DNA of 64,000 nucleotides from Spheniscus humboldti (Eukaryota): NCBI GenBank assembly GCA_027474245.1, contig CM049899.1, positions 1,212,536 to 1,276,535 of the forward strand, read 5' to 3'. Shown piece by piece: positions 1 to 14,700 of this stretch (position 1 is its first letter; each line of letters starts with the position of its first letter). The notes under the pieces were generated by a model. It saw only the letters and a program-made list of their open reading frames with translations, ran no database searches and was not told where the DNA came from. The position numbers and the translations under genes were made by a program.

Positions 1-2511
1 AGTGACACCACCTCCACTGTTCTTCCTCCAAGGAAGACTGAGCAAGGGATGTGTGGACTTCTGAAAGTCAGTCTAGATTATTATTATTATTGTATCATGC
101 ACCAATTATTAAGCATTTGGTCAGATCTGCAGAGGATCTAGGTGACTGAAAAGTCTAAGGAACTGAAAGTTTAGGCAATAGGAAAGCTATGCTCGTTGCT
201 AGAAAATTCTGCGTAGCAGTAAGCCACCCTGATTCCCATAGTCCTTCTAGAATAAAGCAGCTCTAAGTATAACTACAACCCTGTGGCCAGTTCTCATTCT
301 ACCAAGGAGCCTTAACATCAAGAGCCCGGCTGTCCCCATAGCAGCAGGTAGTGTCAGGTGACACAGGTGTCGGAAAGAAACTTTTATAGGCCATATGTGA
401 TGCTGGCTAATTTAAAATATCTCCACATAAAGAAAAACTCACCCATCCTGCATGTGATTCAGAACCAAATCCTCCATCTGAGCTCATACAGGCAAAAAAC
501 CAAATCCTACTGCTTTCCCCACATCAAGAGCTTCCAGTTTTCCCTGCAAGGCAGAATAGCAACTAATGCACTGTATATCCTAACCAAGCTCACTACTGCA
601 GAAGCTTCAGTAGTGCTAATGAGAAGAATCTGTACTTGTACAAGCGATGATATAGGCCTTACCAGAAGTGCCAAGATTGCTGCAGCGCTGAGGGAGAACC
701 TTGTAGCTGTTTCTCCTAGAACGTAGGGGGGTAGGGGATGAAATAAGTAGGTTGTTTTTTTTTAACAACAAAAATAAATTCAAATCACCATTGAAAATAT
801 GGAACAAAATGCTACAACCCCAGGTTTTACATCGAACAGAAAATAACCTAACTAAAAAGTGCCCCTGTACTGCTTCCTTTTCCATCCCACTGATAATTTC
901 CTCAATAATTGACAAGTGCACATTACAACTCCAGTGGTCTGTTTACTGCACATAAAAGAAAACAACTCCTTTTCAGCTGGTGTACATATCCAAATAAACT
1001 CAAATAGTGTAACTTGCAAAGAGCTATGTCAGCTTAAACTTTATCTGTAGTGCCCTACTGGATAACTGCAGAGCTGCGGATGCTCAGAAATACTGGGGCA
1101 CAACTCTTGGCCTGCCTGCAATGTTCCTGGCTCTCTCAGCTATCTGGGCAGAAGTAGAAACTATTCTTGGTTTTAGAGCAAGACTGACTAGAGTTCAAAT
1201 TTTCTTTTGCAGACTGACACCCAGAAGCTAAACCAAAACAAGCCACACCTGCGGATGAATGACTGCTAGGCATGTCCACACCAACAGACCTCTCCCAACA
1301 CACACTTTGAGCAATTAATACCCCAAGTCAACATTTGAAGTTGAACCTGGCCACAAATTTTAAAACAATGTAATTTGGGGGTCAAACTGATGTAAGTCTT
1401 TTCTTCTTAAAAAACTCACAAACTGAAAGAAAGAAAACCACACACTCTTCTCTGCTACATTGGATATCACATTCCTTCAGTCAAGCTTTTATTGCATTTC
1501 AGAAATAGTATAACAAACCCCAACAGAAAATATCTCATCATTGCTTTTTCTCCTTAAAAAGCAACTCTGACCACCTGACTGCTCATTGCAATCAAAGGAA
1601 GATGTGACCTGACCCTTCAAGCATTCTGGATGCGTAGGTGGGACTAAACAGTGTTTGTGAATCAAGAACATGCATGCTCCTTGAGACAGGCAGGTCAAGT
1701 TTGCCACCAGGTCCCCACATCGGCATTTGCTAACACTGTTCAGCTTCGGGTACAACTGAGCTGCGTTCAGTTAACGTGAAAGCATCTCCTAGTAACAGCC
1801 AGTATCAACCCAAGAACTATAACGTAAATGGAAGAAAACTCAAACTGTGCCCCCTTCTCCTTACGCTGGGTTAGGATTTGTGACAGGAATTTGATTCCAC
1901 AGTTTGGAAAAGCTCCACGGTTGCAGCCAAAAGGATCTGGAGCTTCCTGGGTCTCAGAGTAATTCTAGAGCTAAAGTAGTGATAGGCATCAACTTTAGAT
2001 CAGATAATACATGCCAACACTCATCACTGACCCAAGGCGGCAACCTCCTCCTGTCCTACCCAAGGGTTTAAAATGCAACACACTTTCTTCCTAAAACAGG
2101 ACACTACCTTATTTATTTGTAACACCATTGACAAATTTCTTCCTTGAGATGGGACTAGGGATACATTACACAAGCAGTCAAGCCACTGGTTGGAAGCATT
2201 GGAGCCTTTTCGGTACTGTTTTATCACCACGGTTGGCATGAGAAGGAAAATGAAGGACACGAGAGATGGTGAGACATTTAATCTACAATGGAGATAGCTA
2301 TGGTGAACAAGTAAGGCTGAGACCAAGTCCTTTTTCTCAGGGGAAAAGTACACACCAACTAAATAACTGCTGAACAGACCAGTATAATTTAAAGTTATAC
2401 AGGAAAAAAGATTTGAGGAACACAACATAAGAACTGACTACCGCAACACTTCTTTTGTATAGTACTAAAGTGGAAACACACTACACAAGTGTATGTACTG
2501 CATATATATTT

Positions 2512-2535
2512 TATATAGACATTAATGTCTATATA
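2512..2535. repeat. Perfect 24-bp AT-rich palindrome tatatagacattaatgtctatata in an AT-rich (TA)n context (one per unit)
   Basis: The reverse complement equals the sequence itself. It is followed at 2541-2553 by a direct repeat of atatagacatta. Confidence 0.9.
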
Positions 2536-4351
2536 TATTTATATAGACATTATGTATTATAATAGTCATATATTTCTGTGCATATAAACACCTATAAAAT
2601 CCAAACCTTTACTCTTCCTCTGGCCATACACATCTTTCACGTCAATGTACACCAAGAAGAATTCATAAAATCCAAAAGTAATTATCTACAAGATTCCACT
2701 AAAACCTGTAGCTAAGAAATATTTCGGAGAGACCGCCACAAAATTCATGAAGAATGCAGACAAAAATCACCAGCAAAGGAACATTAAAAGCACAATGTTC
2801 CCAAATCTGAATATATATACACACATTTTTTTGGAGATGAATCCTTAAGTTTTGCCCGTTAGATTATTTTTTAATAATCTACTGAAATAGTTTTTGCCAC
2901 TGGTATCAAACAGCACCTGGTTCCCAAGTCTCCAATCATCAAGATCATTAATTGCAAGTAGTTGTTTCTACAATTACCCTGTTACATTTACCTGGACATG
3001 CTGAGGGTTGACAGCAGACAAGAATTGTGACCTGTGCTGGCACTTACTGCACCACTTCTGTACCGACATGATCAGATGAATGCCAGAATTTCATCCGTCT
3101 TCATTCGGTGCAGCCATCCCATGAGATCCATCGCTGTCCGCCCCCAGGAAACACTGCTCATCCTCAAATACTCCGACAGACTGCACCCCTAAGCAGGGCA
3201 TTATTTTAGTTCTGAATCAGGTAAGCACAGCATTGAAGCAGAGCAATGAAAATGCCTTAGTTAACATTTACAAAGTTTGCAGCACACCAGGTGTTTTCCA
3301 TCCCATTAACAACTTAGGACATACTCACCACTCTTGCATATTACGTGCTTTACGCGTGTCTGTGCATACGTACTGGCACATGTGCATGCATACCCCTACA
3401 CTACTACATTTCTTTCCTCCCCTCTACTTTCTAGCACAGAGGTATCAAGCTCAATGTCAAGTTAAACACATGCAAGCAGTAAGGCACCAATTCACGTCAG
3501 ACCATCAGATATTATCTTGGCATCCAAGCTAACACGCACATCACCACCCCGAGTCTCAAAAATAACAAGACTAACGTTTCATGAAACTTACTGTCAAGTG
3601 CCAGAGCTGCCACAATCTGAAGCGGCACTACGAAGGGAATTCTCATGTGCATCTCTCTCTCTCTTCCCCCCGCCCCCCACTACTGTTTACCTACACTACC
3701 CGTAAACATCATTTTCCTGATGCAGTACTTTAACCCACATGTTTTCAGCACAGCAACAACAATCATAAGCAATAGTGCCTCCAGTTCTTTTGGGGACACT
3801 AAAAATAATGCAACTTTTTTTTCCCCCTCCAGACACCAGCGGTTATTGACGTTTCCCACCTCCTGGAACCAGAATCCAGTTGTTGTGGGCTACCTCTGGT
3901 AACCCACACCTATAAAACCAATGCTAGCTGCACCATTTATCAAGGCGAGCAAGCAAGAAGCAGTGCTGTGGCCAGATTCAGTACAGTGTCCTATCAAGGG
4001 AGCCATGTGGAAGTACAGCTACAATCTCCCTGTAGATAAAGGAGCAGCAAGAAGGTCGCTTCCCAGGTCTCAGAGTAATTCTAGAGCAAAACCAAATCAT
4101 CTTCAGATTTATGCTCAGATAATACATGCCAACACCCATCACAGACCCAGGGGAACTAACAAAGCAGCCCCCTTTGTACCTCACAGGGGACAGCAGGGCA
4201 GGAGAGGAGCAGCTGGGGAGCACACACCCAACCTCTAACTCTCAACAAGGGAGTGAGGGTTGTTACTCTTAATAAAAGCACAGCTGCGCTGAAATAAGCC
4301 CATACTTACACAGTCGCCTTTCCTTGTCCCATACAAAGCTATATGGGCCAC

Positions 4352-4885
4352 TGTCCTGGTTTCGGCAGGGATAGAGTTAATTCCCTTCCTAGTAGCTGGT
4401 ACAGTGCTGTGTTTTGGATTTAGGATGAGAACAAAGTTGATAACGCACCCATGTTTTAGTTGCTGCTAGGTAGTGCTTACGCTAGTCAAGGACTTTTCAG
4501 CTTCCCATGCTCTCCCAACTGAGAAAGCTGCAGGTGCCCAAGAAGCTGGGAGGGGGCACAGCCAAATTGGCCAAAGAAACATTCCATACCATGTGACGTC
4601 ATGCTCAGTACATAAACTGGGGAAAGCTGGCCAGGGGGGGCCGCTGCTCAGGGACTGGCTGGGCATCGGTCAGTGGGTGGTGAGCAATTGCACTGTGCAT
4701 CACTTGCTTTGTGTATTATTATCATATTATCATCATTTTATTTCAATTATTAAACTGTTTTTATCTCAACCCACGAGTTTTTCTCACTTGTGCTCTTTCC
4801 CAATTCTCTCCCCCATCCCACCGGGTGGGGGGGAGTGAGCGAGCGGCTGCGTGGTGCTTAGTTGCCGACTAAGGTTAAACCACAA
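4352..4885 (+). mobile_element. Solo LTR of an avian endogenous retrovirus (TG...CA termini, ~534 bp), copy in unit 1
   Basis: It starts TGTCCTGGTTTCGGCAGGGATAGAGTTAATTCCCTTCC and ends ...GGTTAAACCACA. It has a TATA-like CATAAA and an ATTAAA signal. It is flanked by GGGCCA(C) on the left and GAGCCA(C) on the right, a near-perfect 6-bp target-site duplication. The uninterrupted site is visible at 31977-31988 (gggcca|tgtgtt). Confidence 0.85.
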
Positions 4886-5290
4886 GAGCCACGTGTTTCT
4901 CCAAAAGTAACATGCTTGGCCATCAGGTTTTCTCACTGCGTCCTGTCACGGTGTCACCTTCAAAAAGCACCAACAAAGTGTCAGTTGTGGTGTCAGCTCA
5001 GGCGCTTTCCGTGCCCGAGGGTAATTTGGGCAACTCACCAGCAGTAAGTGCCCGTCTGGACACAGACCTTTCTCCATCGACCCCGACTTGCTTCCTGGCC
5101 TGACAAAACCTCCCGACAAGGCTGAGGTGAACCACCACTGGCCCCTCCGACCAGCAGAAGACCCAGACCCCGCTGAGGGGGCCCGACGCAGACCCCGAGG
5201 CCTCCCCGGGGGCAGGCAGCCACCCAGGGCCACTAAAGCAGGGTCCTGCCAGGCACTGCCTGCTACCCTGCCCCGCGGCATGACGCTCCA
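4886..5290. repeat. GC/CpG-rich segment inside each unit (repeats at +6908 steps). It is paralogous to the flank 31983-32330 next to the orphan CpG island.
   Basis: The first ~200 bp after the LTR align to 31983-32180 with about 8 mismatches, mostly CpG transitions. The next ~200 bp align at roughly 75% with indels. Beyond that the homology is gone. Confidence 0.7.
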
Positions 5291-5436
5291 ATGCCTTCAT
5301 TAATAACCATTTCAAATTCTCTCAAAACCCTTCTGCTACCTATTCTGACACCACTGTCTGAAGAAAGTTCCTACTGTATTTGCAAGCTGAAACACAGTCC
5401 TACAAGTTGTTCCCCGATTTTCATAATTGAACAGAC

Positions 5437-5490
5437 TCACAGAATCATTTAGGTTGGAAGGGACTTCTTGAGATCATCTAGTCCAACCCC
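5437..5490 (-). mobile_element. Tiny CR1 LINE 3'-terminal fragment in each unit (hairpin motif plus ATTCTRTG)
   Basis: The sequence cacagaatcatttaggttggaagggacttcttgagatcatctagtccaacc is the reverse complement of the CR1 3' UTR hairpin and octamer tail. That tail is seen intact at 59170-59312. Confidence 0.5.
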
Positions 5491-8400
5491 ACGTATGGAA
5501 TTCTGCAATATTTTTTTTATTTTTATCAACGAGAGGATGTGTAATACATTCAATAATTATTTAATTTTTATTTCATGATCTCAGATCAAATTAATTTTGA
5601 AGGATTACATTGCACTACCTACATACAATGACTTGTGATCTACGACTGCTGTGCCTAGGTACCCTTTTCAGCCAAAAGGGTACAAAGGCCACTAAAAAGT
5701 AAAGTCTGTAATTAGACACAAATACTGATTTCACACAACAGAATTCTCGATCATAAGCAGCCAAACGACAGCAGTTTTTTGGCTGTTGTGAGGACAAGTT
5801 ACAATGAAATAATGTAACTCGCTCATTCATCAATCATATGAAGATACAACAGGAGAATTACATCAATACTATTTCCAAAACGGTCATTTTAGTCACATAA
5901 TAGATTTGTAATATTCACTTATCTTACTACACTGCTAATCTACTATTTTGTACTTGTGATAACAGAAAAGTCTCATTATATTTTCTCAAATTAATCTCTA
6001 CATTTCAGTCTCCTGCTGAACTTCTCAGCTGGTTTTTGTTACCAGACCTCTCCAAAACCCTATTACTGGAGCTAAATAGCAAATGTATCAATGTAACATC
6101 AAGTACAAGCCTGAGCATGCAAGCTGAGCATACACTGCCATGACTCCCCCGCTACTCACCTGTTGTCAATTTAACACAAAGGACTCCACCTACTCTGACC
6201 AACTTCTCATGAAGTACCAAGATGGATCTGTAGCCAGAGGGATAACCAATTTCACTACTAACCTGTAAGACAGGGACATACAAACTTCAGAAAGGGACAC
6301 AAGATCAAGTACGCCTCTAGTAATGAAAATTAGATGGGTAATATAAATAGGCTATGGTAAAATAGGCTATCTGGAAGGAAAACCAAGGTACAGACGTATA
6401 CTTTTAAATTGACTTGCTAAAAAGGGGAAGGCCTTCTTTGGCATGAAAATTGGCCATCTGATTGGCTATGCCATGACTTCTAAAAAGCAAGCAGAAAAAT
6501 TCTAGAGACAGGGAAATGCTTTAAGTCCAGAAGTGCCTCCTCTTTGCCTCGAACAGAGAAGAGGTTTGCCAGCTTCCCAAGTAACAGGGACTTTCCAGAC
6601 TTCTCTAGGGTGGGAAGAAGGAAGGCTGCCTAATTTGGATTACTTAATACCTGTTTGGGTTGGGTTTTGTTCCCTGCCCCCCCACCCCCCACCAAATTAT
6701 AACCTCCCAAGTCTCTGCCTGGCTTTCAGATCTCTCCACCTATTTGTTTGTTTACTTTAACTAAGGGACAGGCATTTGGCAAACAAGGAAGGTACATCAA
6801 TGGGCATCACCGATGGATTTCTGACCAGTACACCCTGGTGTGATACCGGGAACGCCTGCACCATGACGGAGTGGTAAGGGGGAACACCCTCACCATCAGC
6901 TAAAGCACAGTGACACCACCTCCACTGTTCTTCCTCCAAGGAAGACTGAGCAAGGGATGTGTGGACTTCTGAAAGTCAGTCTAGATTATTATTATTATTG
7001 TATCATGCACCAATTATTAAGCATTTGGTCAGATCTGCAGAGGATCTAGGTGACTGAAAAGTCTAAGGAACTGAAAGTTTAGGCAATAGGAAAGCTATGC
7101 TCGTTGCTAGAAAATTCTGCGTAGCAGTAAGCCACCCTGATTCCCATAGTCCTTCTAGAATAAAGCAGCTCTAAGTATAACTACAACCCTGTGGCCAGTT
7201 CTCATTCTACCAAGGAGCCTTAACATCAAGAGCCCGGCTGTCCCCATAGCAGCAGGTAGTGTCAGGTGACACAGGTGTCGGAAAGAAACTTTTATAGGCC
7301 ATATGTGATGCTGGCTAATTTAAAATATCTCCACATAAAGAAAAACTCACCCATCCTGCATGTGATTCAGAACCAAATCCTCCATCTGAGCTCATACAGG
7401 CAAAAAACCAAATCCTACTGCTTTCCCCACATCAAGAGCTTCCAGTTTTCCCTGCAAGGCAGAATAGCAACTAATGCACTGTATATCCTAACCAAGCTCA
7501 CTACTGCAGAAGCTTCAGTAGTGCTAATGAGAAGAATCTGTACTTGTACAAGCGATGATATAGGCCTTACCAGAAGTGCCAAGATTGCTGCAGCGCTGAG
7601 GGAGAACCTTGTAGCTGTTTCTCCTAGAACGTAGGGGGGTAGGGGATGAAATAAGTAGGTTGTTTTTTTTTAACAACAAAAATAAATTCAAATCACCATT
7701 GAAAATATGGAACAAAATGCTACAACCCCAGGTTTTACATCGAACAGAAAATAACCTAACTAAAAAGTGCCCCTGTACTGCTTCCTTTTCCATCCCACTG
7801 ATAATTTCCTCAATAATTGACAAGTGCACATTACAACTCCAGTGGTCTGTTTACTGCACATAAAAGAAAACAACTCCTTTTCAGCTGGTGTACATATCCA
7901 AATAAACTCAAATAGTGTAACTTGCAAAGAGCTATGTCAGCTTAAACTTTATCTGTAGTGCCCTACTGGATAACTGCAGAGCTGCGGATGCTCAGAAATA
8001 CTGGGGCACAACTCTTGGCCTGCCTGCAATGTTCCTGGCTCTCTCAGCTATCTGGGCAGAAGTAGAAACTATTCTTGGTTTTAGAGCAAGACTGACTAGA
8101 GTTCAAATTTTCTTTTGCAGACTGACACCCAGAAGCTAAACCAAAACAAGCCACACCTGCGGATGAATGACTGCTAGGCATGTCCACACCAACAGACCTC
8201 TCCCAACACACACTTTGAGCAATTAATACCCCAAGTCAACATTTGAAGTTGAACCTGGCCACAAATTTTAAAACAATGTAATTTGGGGGTCAAACTGATG
8301 TAAGTCTTTTCTTCTTAAAAAACTCACAAACTGAAAGAAAGAAAACCACACACTCTTCTCTGCTACATTGGATATCACATTCCTTCAGTCAAGCTTTTAT

Positions 8401-11259
8401 TGCATTTCAGAAATAGTATAACAAACCCCAACAGAAAATATCTCATCATTGCTTTTTCTCCTTAAAAAGCAACTCTGACCACCTGACTGCTCATTGCAAT
8501 CAAAGGAAGATGTGACCTGACCCTTCAAGCATTCTGGATGCGTAGGTGGGACTAAACAGTGTTTGTGAATCAAGAACATGCATGCTCCTTGAGACAGGCA
8601 GGTCAAGTTTGCCACCAGGTCCCCACATCGGCATTTGCTAACACTGTTCAGCTTCGGGTACAACTGAGCTGCGTTCAGTTAACGTGAAAGCATCTCCTAG
8701 TAACAGCCAGTATCAACCCAAGAACTATAACGTAAATGGAAGAAAACTCAAACTGTGCCCCCTTCTCCTTACGCTGGGTTAGGATTTGTGACAGGAATTT
8801 GATTCCACAGTTTGGAAAAGCTCCACGGTTGCAGCCAAAAGGATCTGGAGCTTCCTGGGTCTCAGAGTAATTCTAGAGCTAAAGTAGTGATAGGCATCAA
8901 CTTTAGATCAGATAATACATGCCAACACTCATCACTGACCCAAGGCGGCAACCTCCTCCTGTCCTACCCAAGGGTTTAAAATGCAACACACTTTCTTCCT
9001 AAAACAGGACACTACCTTATTTATTTGTAACACCATTGACAAATTTCTTCCTTGAGATGGGACTAGGGATACATTACACAAGCAGTCAAGCCACTGGTTG
9101 GAAGCATTGGAGCCTTTTCGGTACTGTTTTATCACCACGGTTGGCATGAGAAGGAAAATGAAGGACACGAGAGATGGTGAGACATTTAATCTACAATGGA
9201 GATAGCTATGGTGAACAAGTAAGGCTGAGACCAAGTCCTTTTTCTCAGGGGAAAAGTACACACCAACTAAATAACTGCTGAACAGACCAGTATAATTTAA
9301 AGTTATACAGGAAAAAAGATTTGAGGAACACAACATAAGAACTGACTACCGCAACACTTCTTTTGTATAGTACTAAAGTGGAAACACACTACACAAGTGT
9401 ATGTACTGCATATATATTTTATATAGACATTAATGTCTATATATATTTATATAGACATTATGTATTATAATAGTCATATATTTCTGTGCATATAAACACC
9501 TATAAAATCCAAACCTTTACTCTTCCTCTGGCCATACACATCTTTCACGTCAATGTACACCAAGAAGAATTCATAAAATCCAAAAGTAATTATCTACAAG
9601 ATTCCACTAAAACCTGTAGCTAAGAAATATTTCGGAGAGACCGCCACAAAATTCATGAAGAATGCAGACAAAAATCACCAGCAAAGGAACATTAAAAGCA
9701 CAATGTTCCCAAATCTGAATATATATACACACATTTTTTTGGAGATGAATCCTTAAGTTTTGCCCGTTAGATTATTTTTTAATAATCTACTGAAATAGTT
9801 TTTGCCACTGGTATCAAACAGCACCTGGTTCCCAAGTCTCCAATCATCAAGATCATTAATTGCAAGTAGTTGTTTCTACAATTACCCTGTTACATTTACC
9901 TGGACATGCTGAGGGTTGACAGCAGACAAGAATTGTGACCTGTGCTGGCACTTACTGCACCACTTCTGTACCGACATGATCAGATGAATGCCAGAATTTC
10001 ATCCGTCTTCATTCGGTGCAGCCATCCCATGAGATCCATCGCTGTCCGCCCCCAGGAAACACTGCTCATCCTCAAATACTCCGACAGACTGCACCCCTAA
10101 GCAGGGCATTATTTTAGTTCTGAATCAGGTAAGCACAGCATTGAAGCAGAGCAATGAAAATGCCTTAGTTAACATTTACAAAGTTTGCAGCACACCAGGT
10201 GTTTTCCATCCCATTAACAACTTAGGACATACTCACCACTCTTGCATATTACGTGCTTTACGCGTGTCTGTGCATACGTACTGGCACATGTGCATGCATA
10301 CCCCTACACTACTACATTTCTTTCCTCCCCTCTACTTTCTAGCACAGAGGTATCAAGCTCAATGTCAAGTTAAACACATGCAAGCAGTAAGGCACCAATT
10401 CACGTCAGACCATCAGATATTATCTTGGCATCCAAGCTAACACGCACATCACCACCCCGAGTCTCAAAAATAACAAGACTAACGTTTCATGAAACTTACT
10501 GTCAAGTGCCAGAGCTGCCACAATCTGAAGCGGCACTACGAAGGGAATTCTCATGTGCATCTCTCTCTCTCTTCCCCCCGCCCCCCACTACTGTTTACCT
10601 ACACTACCCGTAAACATCATTTTCCTGATGCAGTACTTTAACCCACATGTTTTCAGCACAGCAACAACAATCATAAGCAATAGTGCCTCCAGTTCTTTTG
10701 GGGACACTAAAAATAATGCAACTTTTTTTTCCCCCTCCAGACACCAGCGGTTATTGACGTTTCCCACCTCCTGGAACCAGAATCCAGTTGTTGTGGGCTA
10801 CCTCTGGTAACCCACACCTATAAAACCAATGCTAGCTGCACCATTTATCAAGGCGAGCAAGCAAGAAGCAGTGCTGTGGCCAGATTCAGTACAGTGTCCT
10901 ATCAAGGGAGCCATGTGGAAGTACAGCTACAATCTCCCTGTAGATAAAGGAGCAGCAAGAAGGTCGCTTCCCAGGTCTCAGAGTAATTCTAGAGCAAAAC
11001 CAAATCATCTTCAGATTTATGCTCAGATAATACATGCCAACACCCATCACAGACCCAGGGGAACTAACAAAGCAGCCCCCTTTGTACCTCACAGGGGACA
11101 GCAGGGCAGGAGAGGAGCAGCTGGGGAGCACACACCCAACCTCTAACTCTCAACAAGGGAGTGAGGGTTGTTACTCTTAATAAAAGCACAGCTGCGCTGA
11201 AATAAGCCCATACTTACACAGTCGCCTTTCCTTGTCCCATACAAAGCTATATGGGCCAC

Positions 11260-11793
11260 TGTCCTGGTTTCGGCAGGGATAGAGTTAATTCCCTTCCTAG
11301 TAGCTGGTACAGTGCTGTGTTTTGGATTTAGGATGAGAACAAAGTTGATAACGCACCCATGTTTTAGTTGCTGCTAGGTAGTGCTTACGCTAGTCAAGGA
11401 CTTTTCAGCTTCCCATGCTCTCCCAACTGAGAAAGCTGCAGGTGCCCAAGAAGCTGGGAGGGGGCACAGCCAAATTGGCCAAAGAAACATTCCATACCAT
11501 GTGACGTCATGCTCAGTACATAAACTGGGGAAAGCTGGCCAGGGGGGGCCGCTGCTCAGGGACTGGCTGGGCATCGGTCAGTGGGTGGTGAGCAATTGCA
11601 CTGTGCATCACTTGCTTTGTGTATTATTATCATATTATCATCATTTTATTTCAATTATTAAACTGTTTTTATCTCAACCCACGAGTTTTTCTCACTTGTG
11701 CTCTTTCCCAATTCTCTCCCCCATCCCACCGGGTGGGGGGGAGTGAGCGAGCGGCTGCGTGGTGCTTAGTTGCCGACTAAGGTTAAACCACAA
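11260..11793 (+). mobile_element. Solo LTR, copy in unit 2 (identical to 4352-4885)
   Basis: Same sequence at a +6908 offset. Confidence 0.85.
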
Positions 11794-14700
11794 GAGCCAC
11801 GTGTTTCTCCAAAAGTAACATGCTTGGCCATCAGGTTTTCTCACTGCGTCCTGTCACGGTGTCACCTTCAAAAAGCACCAACAAAGTGTCAGTTGTGGTG
11901 TCAGCTCAGGCGCTTTCCGTGCCCGAGGGTAATTTGGGCAACTCACCAGCAGTAAGTGCCCGTCTGGACACAGACCTTTCTCCATCGACCCCGACTTGCT
12001 TCCTGGCCTGACAAAACCTCCCGACAAGGCTGAGGTGAACCACCACTGGCCCCTCCGACCAGCAGAAGACCCAGACCCCGCTGAGGGGGCCCGACGCAGA
12101 CCCCGAGGCCTCCCCGGGGGCAGGCAGCCACCCAGGGCCACTAAAGCAGGGTCCTGCCAGGCACTGCCTGCTACCCTGCCCCGCGGCATGACGCTCCAAT
12201 GCCTTCATTAATAACCATTTCAAATTCTCTCAAAACCCTTCTGCTACCTATTCTGACACCACTGTCTGAAGAAAGTTCCTACTGTATTTGCAAGCTGAAA
12301 CACAGTCCTACAAGTTGTTCCCCGATTTTCATAATTGAACAGACTCACAGAATCATTTAGGTTGGAAGGGACTTCTTGAGATCATCTAGTCCAACCCCAC
12401 GTATGGAATTCTGCAATATTTTTTTTATTTTTATCAACGAGAGGATGTGTAATACATTCAATAATTATTTAATTTTTATTTCATGATCTCAGATCAAATT
12501 AATTTTGAAGGATTACATTGCACTACCTACATACAATGACTTGTGATCTACGACTGCTGTGCCTAGGTACCCTTTTCAGCCAAAAGGGTACAAAGGCCAC
12601 TAAAAAGTAAAGTCTGTAATTAGACACAAATACTGATTTCACACAACAGAATTCTCGATCATAAGCAGCCAAACGACAGCAGTTTTTTGGCTGTTGTGAG
12701 GACAAGTTACAATGAAATAATGTAACTCGCTCATTCATCAATCATATGAAGATACAACAGGAGAATTACATCAATACTATTTCCAAAACGGTCATTTTAG
12801 TCACATAATAGATTTGTAATATTCACTTATCTTACTACACTGCTAATCTACTATTTTGTACTTGTGATAACAGAAAAGTCTCATTATATTTTCTCAAATT
12901 AATCTCTACATTTCAGTCTCCTGCTGAACTTCTCAGCTGGTTTTTGTTACCAGACCTCTCCAAAACCCTATTACTGGAGCTAAATAGCAAATGTATCAAT
13001 GTAACATCAAGTACAAGCCTGAGCATGCAAGCTGAGCATACACTGCCATGACTCCCCCGCTACTCACCTGTTGTCAATTTAACACAAAGGACTCCACCTA
13101 CTCTGACCAACTTCTCATGAAGTACCAAGATGGATCTGTAGCCAGAGGGATAACCAATTTCACTACTAACCTGTAAGACAGGGACATACAAACTTCAGAA
13201 AGGGACACAAGATCAAGTACGCCTCTAGTAATGAAAATTAGATGGGTAATATAAATAGGCTATGGTAAAATAGGCTATCTGGAAGGAAAACCAAGGTACA
13301 GACGTATACTTTTAAATTGACTTGCTAAAAAGGGGAAGGCCTTCTTTGGCATGAAAATTGGCCATCTGATTGGCTATGCCATGACTTCTAAAAAGCAAGC
13401 AGAAAAATTCTAGAGACAGGGAAATGCTTTAAGTCCAGAAGTGCCTCCTCTTTGCCTCGAACAGAGAAGAGGTTTGCCAGCTTCCCAAGTAACAGGGACT
13501 TTCCAGACTTCTCTAGGGTGGGAAGAAGGAAGGCTGCCTAATTTGGATTACTTAATACCTGTTTGGGTTGGGTTTTGTTCCCTGCCCCCCCACCCCCCAC
13601 CAAATTATAACCTCCCAAGTCTCTGCCTGGCTTTCAGATCTCTCCACCTATTTGTTTGTTTACTTTAACTAAGGGACAGGCATTTGGCAAACAAGGAAGG
13701 TACATCAATGGGCATCACCGATGGATTTCTGACCAGTACACCCTGGTGTGATACCGGGAACGCCTGCACCATGACGGAGTGGTAAGGGGGAACACCCTCA
13801 CCATCAGCTAAAGCACAGTGACACCACCTCCACTGTTCTTCCTCCAAGGAAGACTGAGCAAGGGATGTGTGGACTTCTGAAAGTCAGTCTAGATTATTAT
13901 TATTATTGTATCATGCACCAATTATTAAGCATTTGGTCAGATCTGCAGAGGATCTAGGTGACTGAAAAGTCTAAGGAACTGAAAGTTTAGGCAATAGGAA
14001 AGCTATGCTCGTTGCTAGAAAATTCTGCGTAGCAGTAAGCCACCCTGATTCCCATAGTCCTTCTAGAATAAAGCAGCTCTAAGTATAACTACAACCCTGT
14101 GGCCAGTTCTCATTCTACCAAGGAGCCTTAACATCAAGAGCCCGGCTGTCCCCATAGCAGCAGGTAGTGTCAGGTGACACAGGTGTCGGAAAGAAACTTT
14201 TATAGGCCATATGTGATGCTGGCTAATTTAAAATATCTCCACATAAAGAAAAACTCACCCATCCTGCATGTGATTCAGAACCAAATCCTCCATCTGAGCT
14301 CATACAGGCAAAAAACCAAATCCTACTGCTTTCCCCACATCAAGAGCTTCCAGTTTTCCCTGCAAGGCAGAATAGCAACTAATGCACTGTATATCCTAAC
14401 CAAGCTCACTACTGCAGAAGCTTCAGTAGTGCTAATGAGAAGAATCTGTACTTGTACAAGCGATGATATAGGCCTTACCAGAAGTGCCAAGATTGCTGCA
14501 GCGCTGAGGGAGAACCTTGTAGCTGTTTCTCCTAGAACGTAGGGGGGTAGGGGATGAAATAAGTAGGTTGTTTTTTTTTAACAACAAAAATAAATTCAAA
14601 TCACCATTGAAAATATGGAACAAAATGCTACAACCCCAGGTTTTACATCGAACAGAAAATAACCTAACTAAAAAGTGCCCCTGTACTGCTTCCTTTTCCA

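Noticed and set aside
358-6939. Many 60-134 codon ORFs inside the tandem unit (for example 358-726 +, 2024-2428 -, 4473-4838 +, 4946-5281 -), each recurring every 6908 bp
   Set aside because: They overlap one another on both strands. They lie in LTR, CR1-fragment or low-complexity sequence and show no recognisable domains or splice structure. Their recurrence is a by-product of the DNA repeat, not evidence of coding.
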